Shown here piece by piece: positions 7,989 through 16,056 of a stretch of 32,000 bases of DNA (its first letter is position 1; each line of letters opens with the position of its first letter). The stretch lies in assembly GCF_000195955.2 (NCBI RefSeq), contig NC_000962.3, positions 930,001 to 962,000 of the forward strand, written 5' to 3'. The DNA is from Mycobacterium tuberculosis H37Rv. Lineage in GTDB: Bacteria > Actinomycetota > Actinomycetes > Mycobacteriales > Mycobacteriaceae. The notes under the pieces are model-generated. The model was not told where the DNA came from and did no database searches. It saw only the letters and a program-made list of their open reading frames with translations. The position numbers and the translations under genes are program-made.

Positions 7989-8042
7989 GTCCTCCGATCG
8001 GGGGAAGGGGCTTTCGTCATCGTTTCAGGCCGATCGGAGGAC
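7989..8042 (+). promoter_or_regulatory. 13-bp perfect inverted repeat with a 28-nt spacer, upstream of the MFS gene. Each arm carries the palindrome CCGATCGG.
   Basis: gtcctccgatcgg (7989-8001) and ccgatcggaggac (8030-8042) are exact reverse complements. Confidence 0.35.
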
Positions 8043-8075
8043 GCCGGCACAGGTCAACGATCCTAACTTGAGTTA

Positions 8076-9404
8076 GTGACCACAGCGGCGGCCATCGCCC
8101 GCGAGGACCGGTTGCGTTACACCGGTCCGGAGCGCTGCTCGGGGGACGGACAAGTTCGAGCGGCCGGGGATCGCTATTCGACGGTGATCTGGCTGCTGGG
8201 CGGCAACTTGCTGGTGCGCTCGGCCGGATTCGGCTATCCGTTCCTAGCCTACCACGTGGCTGGACGAGGACATGGTGCGGGAGCGGTCGGCGCGGTCGTG
8301 GCGGCCTACGGCCTGGGTTGGGCGGTGGGGCAGCTGCTGTGTGGGTGGTTGGTGGACCGTGTCGGGGCGCGGGTGACGCTGGTATCCACCATGCTGGTGG
8401 CCGCCGCCGTGCTGGTGCTGATGGCCGGGCTACACACCGTGCCGGGATTGCTGGTTGGGGCCATGATCGCCGGCCTGGTTTGCGATGCCCCGCGTCCGGT
8501 GTTGGGTGCGGTGATCGCGGAGTTGGTTGCCGACCCACAGCGGCGGGCACAACTCGACGGCTGGCGATACGGTTGGGTGCTCAATATCGGTGCTGCGATC
8601 ACCGGCGGGGTCGGCGGTGTGGTCGCGGGCTGGTTGGACACCCCGGTGTTGTACTGGATCAATGGCATCGGGTGTGCGATCTTCGCGGGGTTGGCAGGCC
8701 GCTGTATACCTGCCGATGTGTGCCGTAGGACCGAGTCCGGCCTTCGAGCTTGCACCGCCATGTCGAAAGTTGGCTATCGGCAGGCACTCTCGGACAAGCG
8801 CCTGGTCCTGTTGGCCGTCTCGGGTCTGGCAACGCTCACGACGCTGATGGGTTTCTTCGCGGCGGTACCGATGCTGATGAGCGCGAGTGGACTGGGTGTC
8901 GGGGCGTACGGCTGGGTGCAGTTGATCAACGCCCTAGCGGTTGTCGCGGTGACCCCGCTGTTGACGCCGTGGCTGAGCAAGCAGCTCGCACTTGGTCCAC
9001 GGCCAGACATTCTGGCCGGCGCGGGAGTGTGGGTGACTCTTTGTATGGCGGCTGCCGGGCTCGCCCGCACCACGGTCGGTTTCAGTGTGGCCGCGGCTGC
9101 CTGCTCGCCGGGCGAGATTGCCTGGTTCGTGGTTGCCGCCGGCATCGTGCACCGGATCGCCCCTCCCGCGCACGGTGGGCGCTACCACGGGATCTGGTCG
9201 ATGGCCGTCGCGGCGTCGTCGGTGGCCGCGCCTATCCTGGCTGCTTTCAACCTGGCTAATGGTGGGCGCCTAGTGCTGGCGGCCACCACGGTGACGGTTG
9301 GTTTCTTCGGGGCCGCTTTGTGCTTGCCGCTGGCTCGTGTTCTGGCAGCTGCCAGTTGCGGTCCGTTGAGCAGCAAGGAGCCGTCGCGTGACTCGTACCA
9401 GTGA
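8076..9404 (+). CDS. MFS-type integral membrane transporter
   Basis: Track ORF of 442 aa. It is highly hydrophobic with about 12 predicted helices and Gly/Ala/Leu/Val-rich segments. The start is GTG 8076 or TTG 8112. Its 3' end overlaps the next gene by 17 nt. Confidence 0.85.
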   Translation: MTTAAAIAREDRLRYTGPERCSGDGQVRAAGDRYSTVIWLLGGNLLVRSAGFGYPFLAYHVAGRGHGAGAVGAVVAAYGLGWAVGQLLCGWLVDRVGARVTLVSTMLVAAAVLVLMAGLHTVPGLLVGAMIAGLVCDAPRPVLGAVIAELVADPQRRAQLDGWRYGWVLNIGAAITGGVGGVVAGWLDTPVLYWINGIGCAIFAGLAGRCIPADVCRRTESGLRACTAMSKVGYRQALSDKRLVLLAVSGLATLTTLMGFFAAVPMLMSASGLGVGAYGWVQLINALAVVAVTPLLTPWLSKQLALGPRPDILAGAGVWVTLCMAAAGLARTTVGFSVAAAACSPGEIAWFVVAAGIVHRIAPPAHGGRYHGIWSMAVAASSVAAPILAAFNLANGGRLVLAATTVTVGFFGAALCLPLARVLAAASCGPLSSKEPSRDSYQ

Positions 9405-10392
9405 AGGGTTGGCTGCGTTCGTGGTCGATCAGCTGGAGGAGCTGTATCGCCGGATGTGGGTGTTGCGACTGCTCGATATGGCGTTGGAGCAGTTGCGCAT
9501 CGAAGGCCTGATCAACGGGCCGCTGCAGGGTGGCTTCGGCCAGGAAGCAGTAAGTGTCGGTGCCGCGGCGGCGCTGGGCGAAGGCGATGTCATCATCACC
9601 ACCCATCGTCCGCATGCCCAACACGTTGGTACTGACGCTCCGCTGGGCCCGGTGATCGCCGACATGCTGGGTGCGACCGCAGGCGATCTAGAAGGCGCTG
9701 ACGAGGATGCGCACATTGCCGATCCTCGGGCCGGGCTACCGGCTGCAATACGCGTGGTCAAGCAATCGCCGCTGTTGGCTATCGGACACGCCTACGCCCT
9801 GTGGCTGCGCGACACCGGACGGGTCACACTCTGCGTGACCCAAGACTGTGATGTTGATGCCGATGCCTTCAACGAGGCCGCGGACCTAGCGGCCGTGTGG
9901 CAACTTCCGGTGGTGATTCTCGTCGAAAACATTCGTGGTGCCCTAAGTGTGCACCTGGACAGGTACACGCACGAGCCTCGGGTTTATCGCCGGGCTGTGG
10001 CCTACGGAATGCCGGGGGTATCGGTGGACGGCAACGACGTCGAAGCGGTCCGTGACTGTGTGGCCAACGCGGTGGTTCGGGCTCGCGCTGGTGGCGGCCC
10101 CACGCTGGTCCAAGCCATCACCTACCGCACCACCGATTTCTCTGGATCTGACCGCGGCGGCTATCGCGACCTGGCCGGATCCGAGCAGTTTCTGGATCCG
10201 CTGATCTTCGCGAGAAGGCGGCTGATTGCTGCTGGCACGACCCGCGGTCGGCTCGACGAGCAGGAGCGGGCGGCATGCCAACAGGTGGCCGATGCCGTGG
10301 CGTTCGCCAAGGCCAGGGCGCGGCCCAACGGCGGTGGGCCAATCAGCCGACCAACATCCGGCTGGCACCAACAACCAAAGACCCGGTTCTGA
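9388..10392 (+). CDS. Thiamine-diphosphate 2-oxoacid dehydrogenase E1 alpha-subunit-like protein: an orphan with degenerate cofactor motifs
   Basis: Track ORF of 334 aa. It aligns position for position with the E1-alpha ThDP motif region (QDCDVDADAFNEAADLAAVWQLPVVILVENIRGA against the consensus GDGAxxxGxxxEAxNxAxxWxLPxxFxxENNxYA). It also has the GQEA and HRPH elements. No E1-beta gene is adjacent. Confidence 0.85.
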   Translation: MTRTSEGLAAFVVDQLEELYRRMWVLRLLDMALEQLRIEGLINGPLQGGFGQEAVSVGAAAALGEGDVIITTHRPHAQHVGTDAPLGPVIADMLGATAGDLEGADEDAHIADPRAGLPAAIRVVKQSPLLAIGHAYALWLRDTGRVTLCVTQDCDVDADAFNEAADLAAVWQLPVVILVENIRGALSVHLDRYTHEPRVYRRAVAYGMPGVSVDGNDVEAVRDCVANAVVRARAGGGPTLVQAITYRTTDFSGSDRGGYRDLAGSEQFLDPLIFARRRLIAAGTTRGRLDEQERAACQQVADAVAFAKARARPNGGGPISRPTSGWHQQPKTRF

Positions 10393-10399
10393 GGCCTAG

Positions 10400-10434
10400 A
10401 TGTACGTTGGCCGCGGACAACGCGGTCGGTACAT
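10400..10434. terminator. Compound imperfect hairpin between the convergent E1-alpha-like gene and narL
   Basis: The outer arms are atgtac (10400-10405) and gtacat (10429-10434). The inner arms are ccgcg / cgcgg around the loop gacaa. The pairing is imperfect between the two stems. Confidence 0.3.
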
Positions 10435-10455
10435 GCCGTCGCGCCGCGGCCCCAG

Positions 10456-11106
10456 CTAGTCGAGCAGCCTCTGCCGCATCGCCTCGGCGACCGCGGCAGC
10501 TCGGTCGCTGACGCCGAGCTTCTCGTACAACCGTTGCACGTGGGTCTTTACCGTCGACGGCGCCACATATAGCTCGGCTGCGATCGCGGGGATGCTTTGA
10601 CCGCACGCAATGCGATTGAGCACCTCGCGCTCGCGCGCGCTGAGCACCGGGGCCACGGGTGCCGCGCGCTGGCGAATCTCCCCGGCGAGGCCCCCGACCA
10701 GCGAGGGCGCCACCACGTCGCGGCCCTTCGCGCAATCGAGCACCGCCTTGACGATCTCGGTGCGAGTCGAATCCTTGAGCAGGAATCCGGCGGCGCCCTG
10801 TTGGAGTGCCTGGTAGACGATCGCCGGCTCGTCGTGCGCGGAAATAAGCAGCACCCGGGTTGGCAACTCGTAGCTGCGCACCGCCGCCGCAACCTGCGCG
10901 CCGTCCATGCCGGGCATGCGGTAGTCCAGCAATGCGACGTCGGGCAAATGGGCCTTGATCAACTCCAGGGCCGCGGCGCCGTCGTCGGCCTCGCCGACCA
11001 CGTTCACCGAGCCACTCAACGAAAGCGCTCGCACAACGCCCTCGCGAAATAACGGGTGGTCGTCGCCGACCACCACGCGCACTTTCTCCGGCTGCGGATT
11101 GCTCAT
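10456..11106 (-). CDS. narL: NarL/FixJ-family response regulator
   Basis: Track ORF of 216 aa. The receiver domain has the phospho-acceptor context VALLDYRMPGMDG. The C-terminal LuxR-type HTH is REREVLNRIACGQSIPAIAAELYVAPSTVKTHVQRLYEKLGV. Confidence 0.9.
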   Translation of the reverse strand: MSNPQPEKVRVVVGDDHPLFREGVVRALSLSGSVNVVGEADDGAAALELIKAHLPDVALLDYRMPGMDGAQVAAAVRSYELPTRVLLISAHDEPAIVYQALQQGAAGFLLKDSTRTEIVKAVLDCAKGRDVVAPSLVGGLAGEIRQRAAPVAPVLSAREREVLNRIACGQSIPAIAAELYVAPSTVKTHVQRLYEKLGVSDRAAAVAEAMRQRLLD

Positions 11107-11189
11107 GGCGCGCCGACCATGGCGATGAGTTTAGCTGCTCGTCGGCAACCAGCCGCTGGCAGTCGCTGGACATTGATTTGCACTCCGAC

Positions 11190-12467
11190 GTGCCCAGCTA
11201 CGGCAACCTCGGACGTTTGGGCGGTCGCCATGAGTACGGTGTCCTAGTGGCAATGACCAGCTCGGCGGAACTGGACCGGGTTCGTTGGGCGCACCAGTTG
11301 CGCTCCTACCGAATTGCTTCGGTATTGCGGATCGGTGTCGTGGGGCTCATGGTCGCCGCGATGGTCGTTGGAACCAGCCGGTCCGAATGGCCACAGCAAA
11401 TCGTGTTGATCGGCGTCTACGCGGTCGCTGCATTGTGGGCTCTGCTGTTAGCGTATTCGGCGTCCCGGCGATTCTTCGCTTTGCGACGCTTTCGCAGTAT
11501 GGGCCGGTTGGAGCCATTTGCTTTCACCGCCGTCGACGTTTTGATATTGACGGGCTTTCAGCTGCTGTCCACCGACGGGATCTATCCGCTGCTGATCATG
11601 ATCCTGCTGCCGGTCCTGGTGGGCCTTGACGTGTCGACGCGACGGGCGGCGGTGGTGCTGGCCTGTACGCTAGTCGGATTCGCAGTCGCGGTGCTGGGAG
11701 ACCCCGTGATGCTGCGCGCGATTGGATGGCCCGAGACAATATTTCGGTTCGCGCTCTATGCGTTCCTGTGCGCCACGGCCTTGATGGTGGTTCGCATCGA
11801 GGAGCGGCATACCCGTTCGGTTGCCGGCCTGAGTGCGTTGCGGGCGGAACTGCTTGCCCAGACGATGACGGCCTCGGAGGTGCTGCAGCGGCGGATTGCG
11901 GAAGCCATTCACGATGGACCGCTGCAAGACGTGCTGGCCGCGCGTCAGGAGCTCATCGAGTTGGATGCCGTAACCCCCGGCGACGAGCGCGTCGGACGCG
12001 CGTTGGCCGGACTGCAGAGCGCGTCGGAGCGGCTGCGGCAGGCCACCTTCGAGCTGCATCCGGCAGTGCTTGAGCAAGTTGGGTTGGGGCCGGCGGTAAA
12101 ACAGTTGGCGGCCTCTACCGCTCAGCGTTCGGGTATCAAGATCTCCACCGATATTGATTACCCAATACGTAGTGGGATCGACCCCATCGTTTTCGGTGTG
12201 GTTCGCGAACTGCTGTCCAACGTCGTGCGGCATTCCGGAGCTACCACCGCCTCGGTCAGGCTCGGAATCACCGACGAAAAATGCGTTTTGGATGTGGCCG
12301 ACGATGGCGTGGGGGTCACCGGTGACACTATGGCGCGCCGCCTGGGTGAGGGACACATCGGTCTGGCTTCGCATCGGGCTCGGGTGGATGCCGCCGGCGG
12401 AGTTTTGGTTTTCCTGGCCACCCCCAGGGGGACCCATGTCTGCGTGGAACTACCACTGAAACGGTGA
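11190..12467 (+). CDS. narS: Membrane sensor histidine kinase (HisKA_3 / NarX-like), divergent partner of narL
   Basis: Track ORF 11178..12467. It has an N-terminal multi-helix membrane domain, the H-box AEAIHDGPLQDVLAA, and the ATPase G-box VLDVADDGVGV. The start is GTG 11190 or TTG 11178. Confidence 0.85.
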   Translation: MPSYGNLGRLGGRHEYGVLVAMTSSAELDRVRWAHQLRSYRIASVLRIGVVGLMVAAMVVGTSRSEWPQQIVLIGVYAVAALWALLLAYSASRRFFALRRFRSMGRLEPFAFTAVDVLILTGFQLLSTDGIYPLLIMILLPVLVGLDVSTRRAAVVLACTLVGFAVAVLGDPVMLRAIGWPETIFRFALYAFLCATALMVVRIEERHTRSVAGLSALRAELLAQTMTASEVLQRRIAEAIHDGPLQDVLAARQELIELDAVTPGDERVGRALAGLQSASERLRQATFELHPAVLEQVGLGPAVKQLAASTAQRSGIKISTDIDYPIRSGIDPIVFGVVRELLSNVVRHSGATTASVRLGITDEKCVLDVADDGVGVTGDTMARRLGEGHIGLASHRARVDAAGGVLVFLATPRGTHVCVELPLKR

Positions 12468-12679
12468 ATGGCCGTTGTTGCCGGTCAACCGATGTGCCGG
12501 TGGCAGCGACGTGACCCCCGCGCAGGTCGAAAGCCTTGCTGGATCGATGGTTCCGCCGGTGCCCGCCATGGGCCCGGCCGGTCACGCCGGCCAGTCCGCA
12601 ACCGGCTGTCCAGGGCCATCTCACGGGCAACGTCCTGGGAGGCGCTGGCAGCGGCCCGGTTCAGCCCACAAGCCGCCTG

Positions 12680-14194
12680 TCACAGAATGTAGTCCAGGCG
12701 GGTCGCCATTCCGGCGACCTGGTGATAGTTGTTGTGGCAGTGCATCACCCACACGCCAGGATTGTCGGCGACCAGGACGGCGCGCATCTTCTGCTTGGGC
12801 AGCACTATCACGGTGTCCTTGCGGGCGCCGGGGCTGCCGTCGGCCTTGATCATCTGAAAGGTATGGCCGTGTAGGTGGATTGGGTGATACATCATGGTGG
12901 TGTTATCGAACATCAGGGTTGGCCGTTGGCCTAGCCGCACGTGCAGTGGATTGGTCGTGCTGTAGGGTTCCCCGTTGATTGTCCAGTCGTACTTGGCCAT
13001 GGTGCCGCCCAAGGTGACCGGGAGGTCGTGGGTGGGTTCGGGCCGGCCCAGGTTGGCAGTCGTTGCGGCGGTGAACATTTCCACGGTACCCACTCGCCAG
13101 TTGAGTTCATCCGGCCGAAACTGCGGGTCGGGTGGGCTGCCGGCGCCGGTAGACAGCAGCGCACGCGCCAGCGCGTTCTTGCCTTCCGCGAGTGCGACCA
13201 GGGGAAAGACGCCGCCAGCGGCGGTCACCATGACGTCGTAGCGTTCGGCCATGCCGATCAGCAGAGCGTCGACTTCGGTGGGAATCACTGGGTAACCGTC
13301 GGTGTGGGTGACCGTCATCGAATGCCCGGCCAGCGCGATGCGGAACGCGGTGTCGGCGGCGCTGTTGATGATGCGGATCCGGATTCGCTGGCCAGGCTTG
13401 GCCTTAAAAGACGTGGCCGCCACGGGGATTCGCCCGTTGATCAGATAGTACGGGTAGGCGATGTCCCCTCCGTCGCCGCCGAGCAGGTTGCTGTCAACGC
13501 CTTCGCCTTCGGGCATACCTGTTGTGTTTTGCATGGTGGGTTTGTTCGGGTCGGTCAGCTCGCCGTAGAGCTGTTGCGGGGACTTCCCGATGCCGTCCGT
13601 CCAATCGTCGAGGATGATGATCCATTCGGCGTCGTAGTGGCCTGGCTCAGTCGGATCGTCGACGACGACAGGCAGATATAGGCCGTGGTCGCCTTGAAGA
13701 CCGACGTGCGGATGGGCCCAGTAGGTGCCCGGATCCGGCACGGAGAACCGGTACGTAAAGTCACCGCCGGGGCCGATGTTCGCAGTCGCGGGCTCGGTGC
13801 CATCCATATCGTTGCGCAGCGCGATGCCGTGCCAATGCACCGACGTCGGATCACCCAGACGGTTGGTCACCGAGACGACAATCTCATCCCCGACGGTGGC
13901 CCGGATCAGTGGTCCGGGGATGGTGTTGCCGTAGGTCAGCGTGCTGACGATCGGCCCACCCAGGTCGATCCTCGCCGGCTGGGGGGTCAGCGTGGCGGTA
14001 ACCGTTCGCCCACTGTGCGGCCGGGCCGCCTCGGCCGCGTCGATTGCAGCGGTCATCCCGGCGGCGCCGGATGCCGTGGGCTTCGAGGCGCAAGCGGCTA
14101 GCGCAAAGCCGCTGGCGATGCCGGCGCCGAGGAAGCCGCGCCGGCTGAACCGCCTCTTGTCGAAGGCGTTACCGCTCGTGGCCAGCTCGGGCAT
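12680..14194 (-). CDS. mmcO: Tat-exported lipoprotein multicopper oxidase
   Basis: An ATG at 14194 inside track ORF 12680..14260 gives MPELATSGNAFDKRRFSRRGFLGAGIASGFALAAC, i.e. a twin-arginine SRRxFL motif plus an LAAC lipobox. All four copper-site motifs are present: VHWHG, WAHPH, HPIHLHGH and HCHNNYHQVAGM. GAGGAG lies 6 nt upstream of the ATG. Confidence 0.9.
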   Translation of the reverse strand: MPELATSGNAFDKRRFSRRGFLGAGIASGFALAACASKPTASGAAGMTAAIDAAEAARPHSGRTVTATLTPQPARIDLGGPIVSTLTYGNTIPGPLIRATVGDEIVVSVTNRLGDPTSVHWHGIALRNDMDGTEPATANIGPGGDFTYRFSVPDPGTYWAHPHVGLQGDHGLYLPVVVDDPTEPGHYDAEWIIILDDWTDGIGKSPQQLYGELTDPNKPTMQNTTGMPEGEGVDSNLLGGDGGDIAYPYYLINGRIPVAATSFKAKPGQRIRIRIINSAADTAFRIALAGHSMTVTHTDGYPVIPTEVDALLIGMAERYDVMVTAAGGVFPLVALAEGKNALARALLSTGAGSPPDPQFRPDELNWRVGTVEMFTAATTANLGRPEPTHDLPVTLGGTMAKYDWTINGEPYSTTNPLHVRLGQRPTLMFDNTTMMYHPIHLHGHTFQMIKADGSPGARKDTVIVLPKQKMRAVLVADNPGVWVMHCHNNYHQVAGMATRLDYIL

Positions 14195-14299
14195 CGATCG
14201 CTCCTCGTCTGGATTTGGTCTCGCTCTTCGTACCCTGCCCAGACATCGGGCAGTACGCAACGGTTGATGATCACCACGCCATCATCCGCCCTTACACCC

Positions 14300-14314
14300 T
14301 ACCCCTATAGGGTA
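14300..14314. promoter_or_regulatory. RicR-type (CsoR-family copper repressor) operator: the perfect palindrome TACCC-CTATA-GGGTA
   Basis: This exact 15-bp palindrome lies in the 148-bp divergent mmcO/lpqS intergenic region, immediately 5' of a TATAGT -10-like hexamer (14315-14320) facing lpqS. It matches my recollection of the RicR consensus TACCC-N5-GGGTA. Confidence 0.75.
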
Positions 14315-14342
14315 TATAGTGGGCCACGTGGAAAGCGGGCAC

Positions 14343-14735
14343 GTGGTGTGGATGCGATCGGCGATTGTCGCGGTCGCGCTGGGGGTGACGGTAGCCGCCG
14401 TCGCCGCTGCATGCTGGCTCCCCCAGCTCCACCGTCATGTGGCTCACCCAAACCACCCGTTGACGACGTCCGTAGGTAGCGAATTCGTCATCAACACCGA
14501 CCACGGGCACCTGGTGGACAACTCGATGCCACCGTGCCCGGAACGGCTCGCGACGGCGGTGCTGCCGCGCTCCGCCACTCCGGTGTTACTACCAGACGTC
14601 GTGGCGGCTGCGCCCGGCATGACAGCCGCGCTTACCGACCCCGTCGCGCCGGCCGCGCGCGGTCCGCCGGCGGCGCAGGGATCCGTTCGCACCGGTCAAG
14701 ACCTGTTGACCCGGTTCTGCCTGGCTCGTCGCTGA
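14343..14735 (+). CDS. lpqS: Putative lipoprotein LpqS (His-rich, copper-regulon member)
   Basis: A GTG at 14343 inside track ORF 14319..14735 gives [24 protein letters not shown]|W, a signal peptide with a lipobox. The mature N-terminus, [31 protein letters not shown], is His-rich. Confidence 0.8.
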   Translation: MVWMRSAIVAVALGVTVAAVAAACWLPQLHRHVAHPNHPLTTSVGSEFVINTDHGHLVDNSMPPCPERLATAVLPRSATPVLLPDVVAAAPGMTAALTDPVAPAARGPPAAQGSVRTGQDLLTRFCLARR

Positions 14736-14937
14736 GGGGTCAGCGCCAGGCGGTGGTGGCCATTCGCCATCGCCGGTGACCGCTGACCCCCATCCAGTGC
14801 CGCGTGTGACTTCCGGCCCCGATGCAGAAGCGACGATCACTATGAACAACAACCTGCCGCTGGCAAATCCGGTAAACCCAACAAGCATCACCTCCAACCC
14901 GCAGATACTCCTGGCCAACCGGGCGCACCGCACCTTG

Positions 14938-16056
14938 GTGAGGTCGCGGCAGACCCGCGACCGGTACCGCCTCCTCCCGGAGGGATATCAAGTCACTCCT
15001 GGCCGGAATCGCCACCCGGGCACCATGGTTGGCAATACCCCGGTGCTTTGGATACCTGAGCTGTCGGGGACCTCAGACCCTGACCGTGGATTTTGGGCCA
15101 AGCTAGAAGGATTCAATCCCGGGGGTATGAAAGACCGCCCCGCGCTGTACATGGTCGAATGCGCGCGCGCCCGGGGCGATATCGCGCCCGGTGCCGCGAT
15201 AGTCGAATCAACCGGTGGCACTCTGGGATTGGGCCTAGCCCTCGCTGGTAAGGTGTACCGGCACCCGGTCACCCTGGTCACCGACCCGGGGCTGGAACCC
15301 ATCATCGCGCGCATGCTGACCGCCTACGGCGCCGGCGTCGATATGGTGACGCAGCCGCACCCGGTCGGCGGATGGCAACAGGCGCGCAAGGACCGGGTTG
15401 CGCAGCTGATGGCCGAATACCCCGGCGCGTGGAATCCGAACCAGTACGGCAACCCCGACAACGTCGGCGCCTACCGGTCGTTGGCGCTGGAGCTGGTCGC
15501 TCAGCTTGGCCGGATCGATGTCCTGGTGTGCTCGGTGGGGACGGGTGGACATTCAGCAGGTGTCGCCCGAGTGCTACGGGAGTTCAACCCGGACATGCGG
15601 TTGATCGGCGTGGACACCATCGGGTCCACGATCTTTGGGCAGCCCGCGTCGAACAGGCTGATGCGCGGGCTGGGCTCGAGTATTTATCCGCGCAATGTCG
15701 ATTACCGTGCATTCGACGAAGTGCACTGGGTTGCTCCCCCCGAAGCCGTCTGGGCGTGCCGCTCCCTGGCCGCAACCCACTACGCCAGCGGCGGCTGGAG
15801 CGTCGGGGCGGTCGCCCTGGTAGCCGGCTGGGCAGCACGCAACTTGCCGGCGGACACCACGATTGCCGCGGTCTTTCCCGACGGCCCACAACGCTACTTC
15901 GACACCATCTACAACGACGCGTACTGCAACGAACACGAACTGCTAGGCGGACAACCTCCCACCGAGCCCGACGAGATTGCCTCGCCGCTAGACGCCGTCG
16001 TCACCCGATGGACACGCAGCACCACGGTGATCGATCCAACCCAGGTGGTGTCGTAA
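14938..16056 (+). CDS. cysK2: PLP-dependent cysteine synthase family enzyme (CysK2, S-sulfocysteine synthase type)
   Basis: This is the 3' part of track ORF 14776..16056. It has the fold-type II PLP motif [11 protein letters not shown] (Schiff-base Lys) and [12 protein letters not shown]. The start is uncertain: GTG 14938 or ATG 14842. Its TAA stop overlaps the next ATG (TAATG). Confidence 0.85.

Noticed and set aside
7989-8042. The idea that the hairpin sequesters a ribosome-binding site (CCTCC pairing with GGAGG).
   Set aside because: The GGAGG (8036-8040) is 35 nt from GTG 8076 and 71 nt from TTG 8112. No start codon lies at SD distance; only a 2-codon TTG-AGT-TAG does. RBS occlusion is therefore unlikely. 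The element is kept only as a generic structure or operator.
12468-12679. The convergent narS/mmcO spacer, searched for a terminator or small gene.
   Set aside because: The only hairpin is a weak 6-bp GGCCGG/CCGGCC stem (12576-12592) with no U-tract, and the ORFs there are Arg-rich. The evidence is insufficient for a call.
14231-14245. A second TACCC pentamer that might mark a second RicR site for mmcO.
   Set aside because: The position 10 nt downstream reads AGACA, not GGGTA, so it does not form the TACCC-N5-GGGTA palindrome.
15372-16055. The 5' 228 codons of the 647-aa track ORF, which precede the MFS transporter.
   Set aside because: This stretch is out of frame over cysK2 and Arg-rich ([24 protein letters not shown]...). 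The transporter begins convincingly at ATG 16056, overlapping the cysK2 stop.
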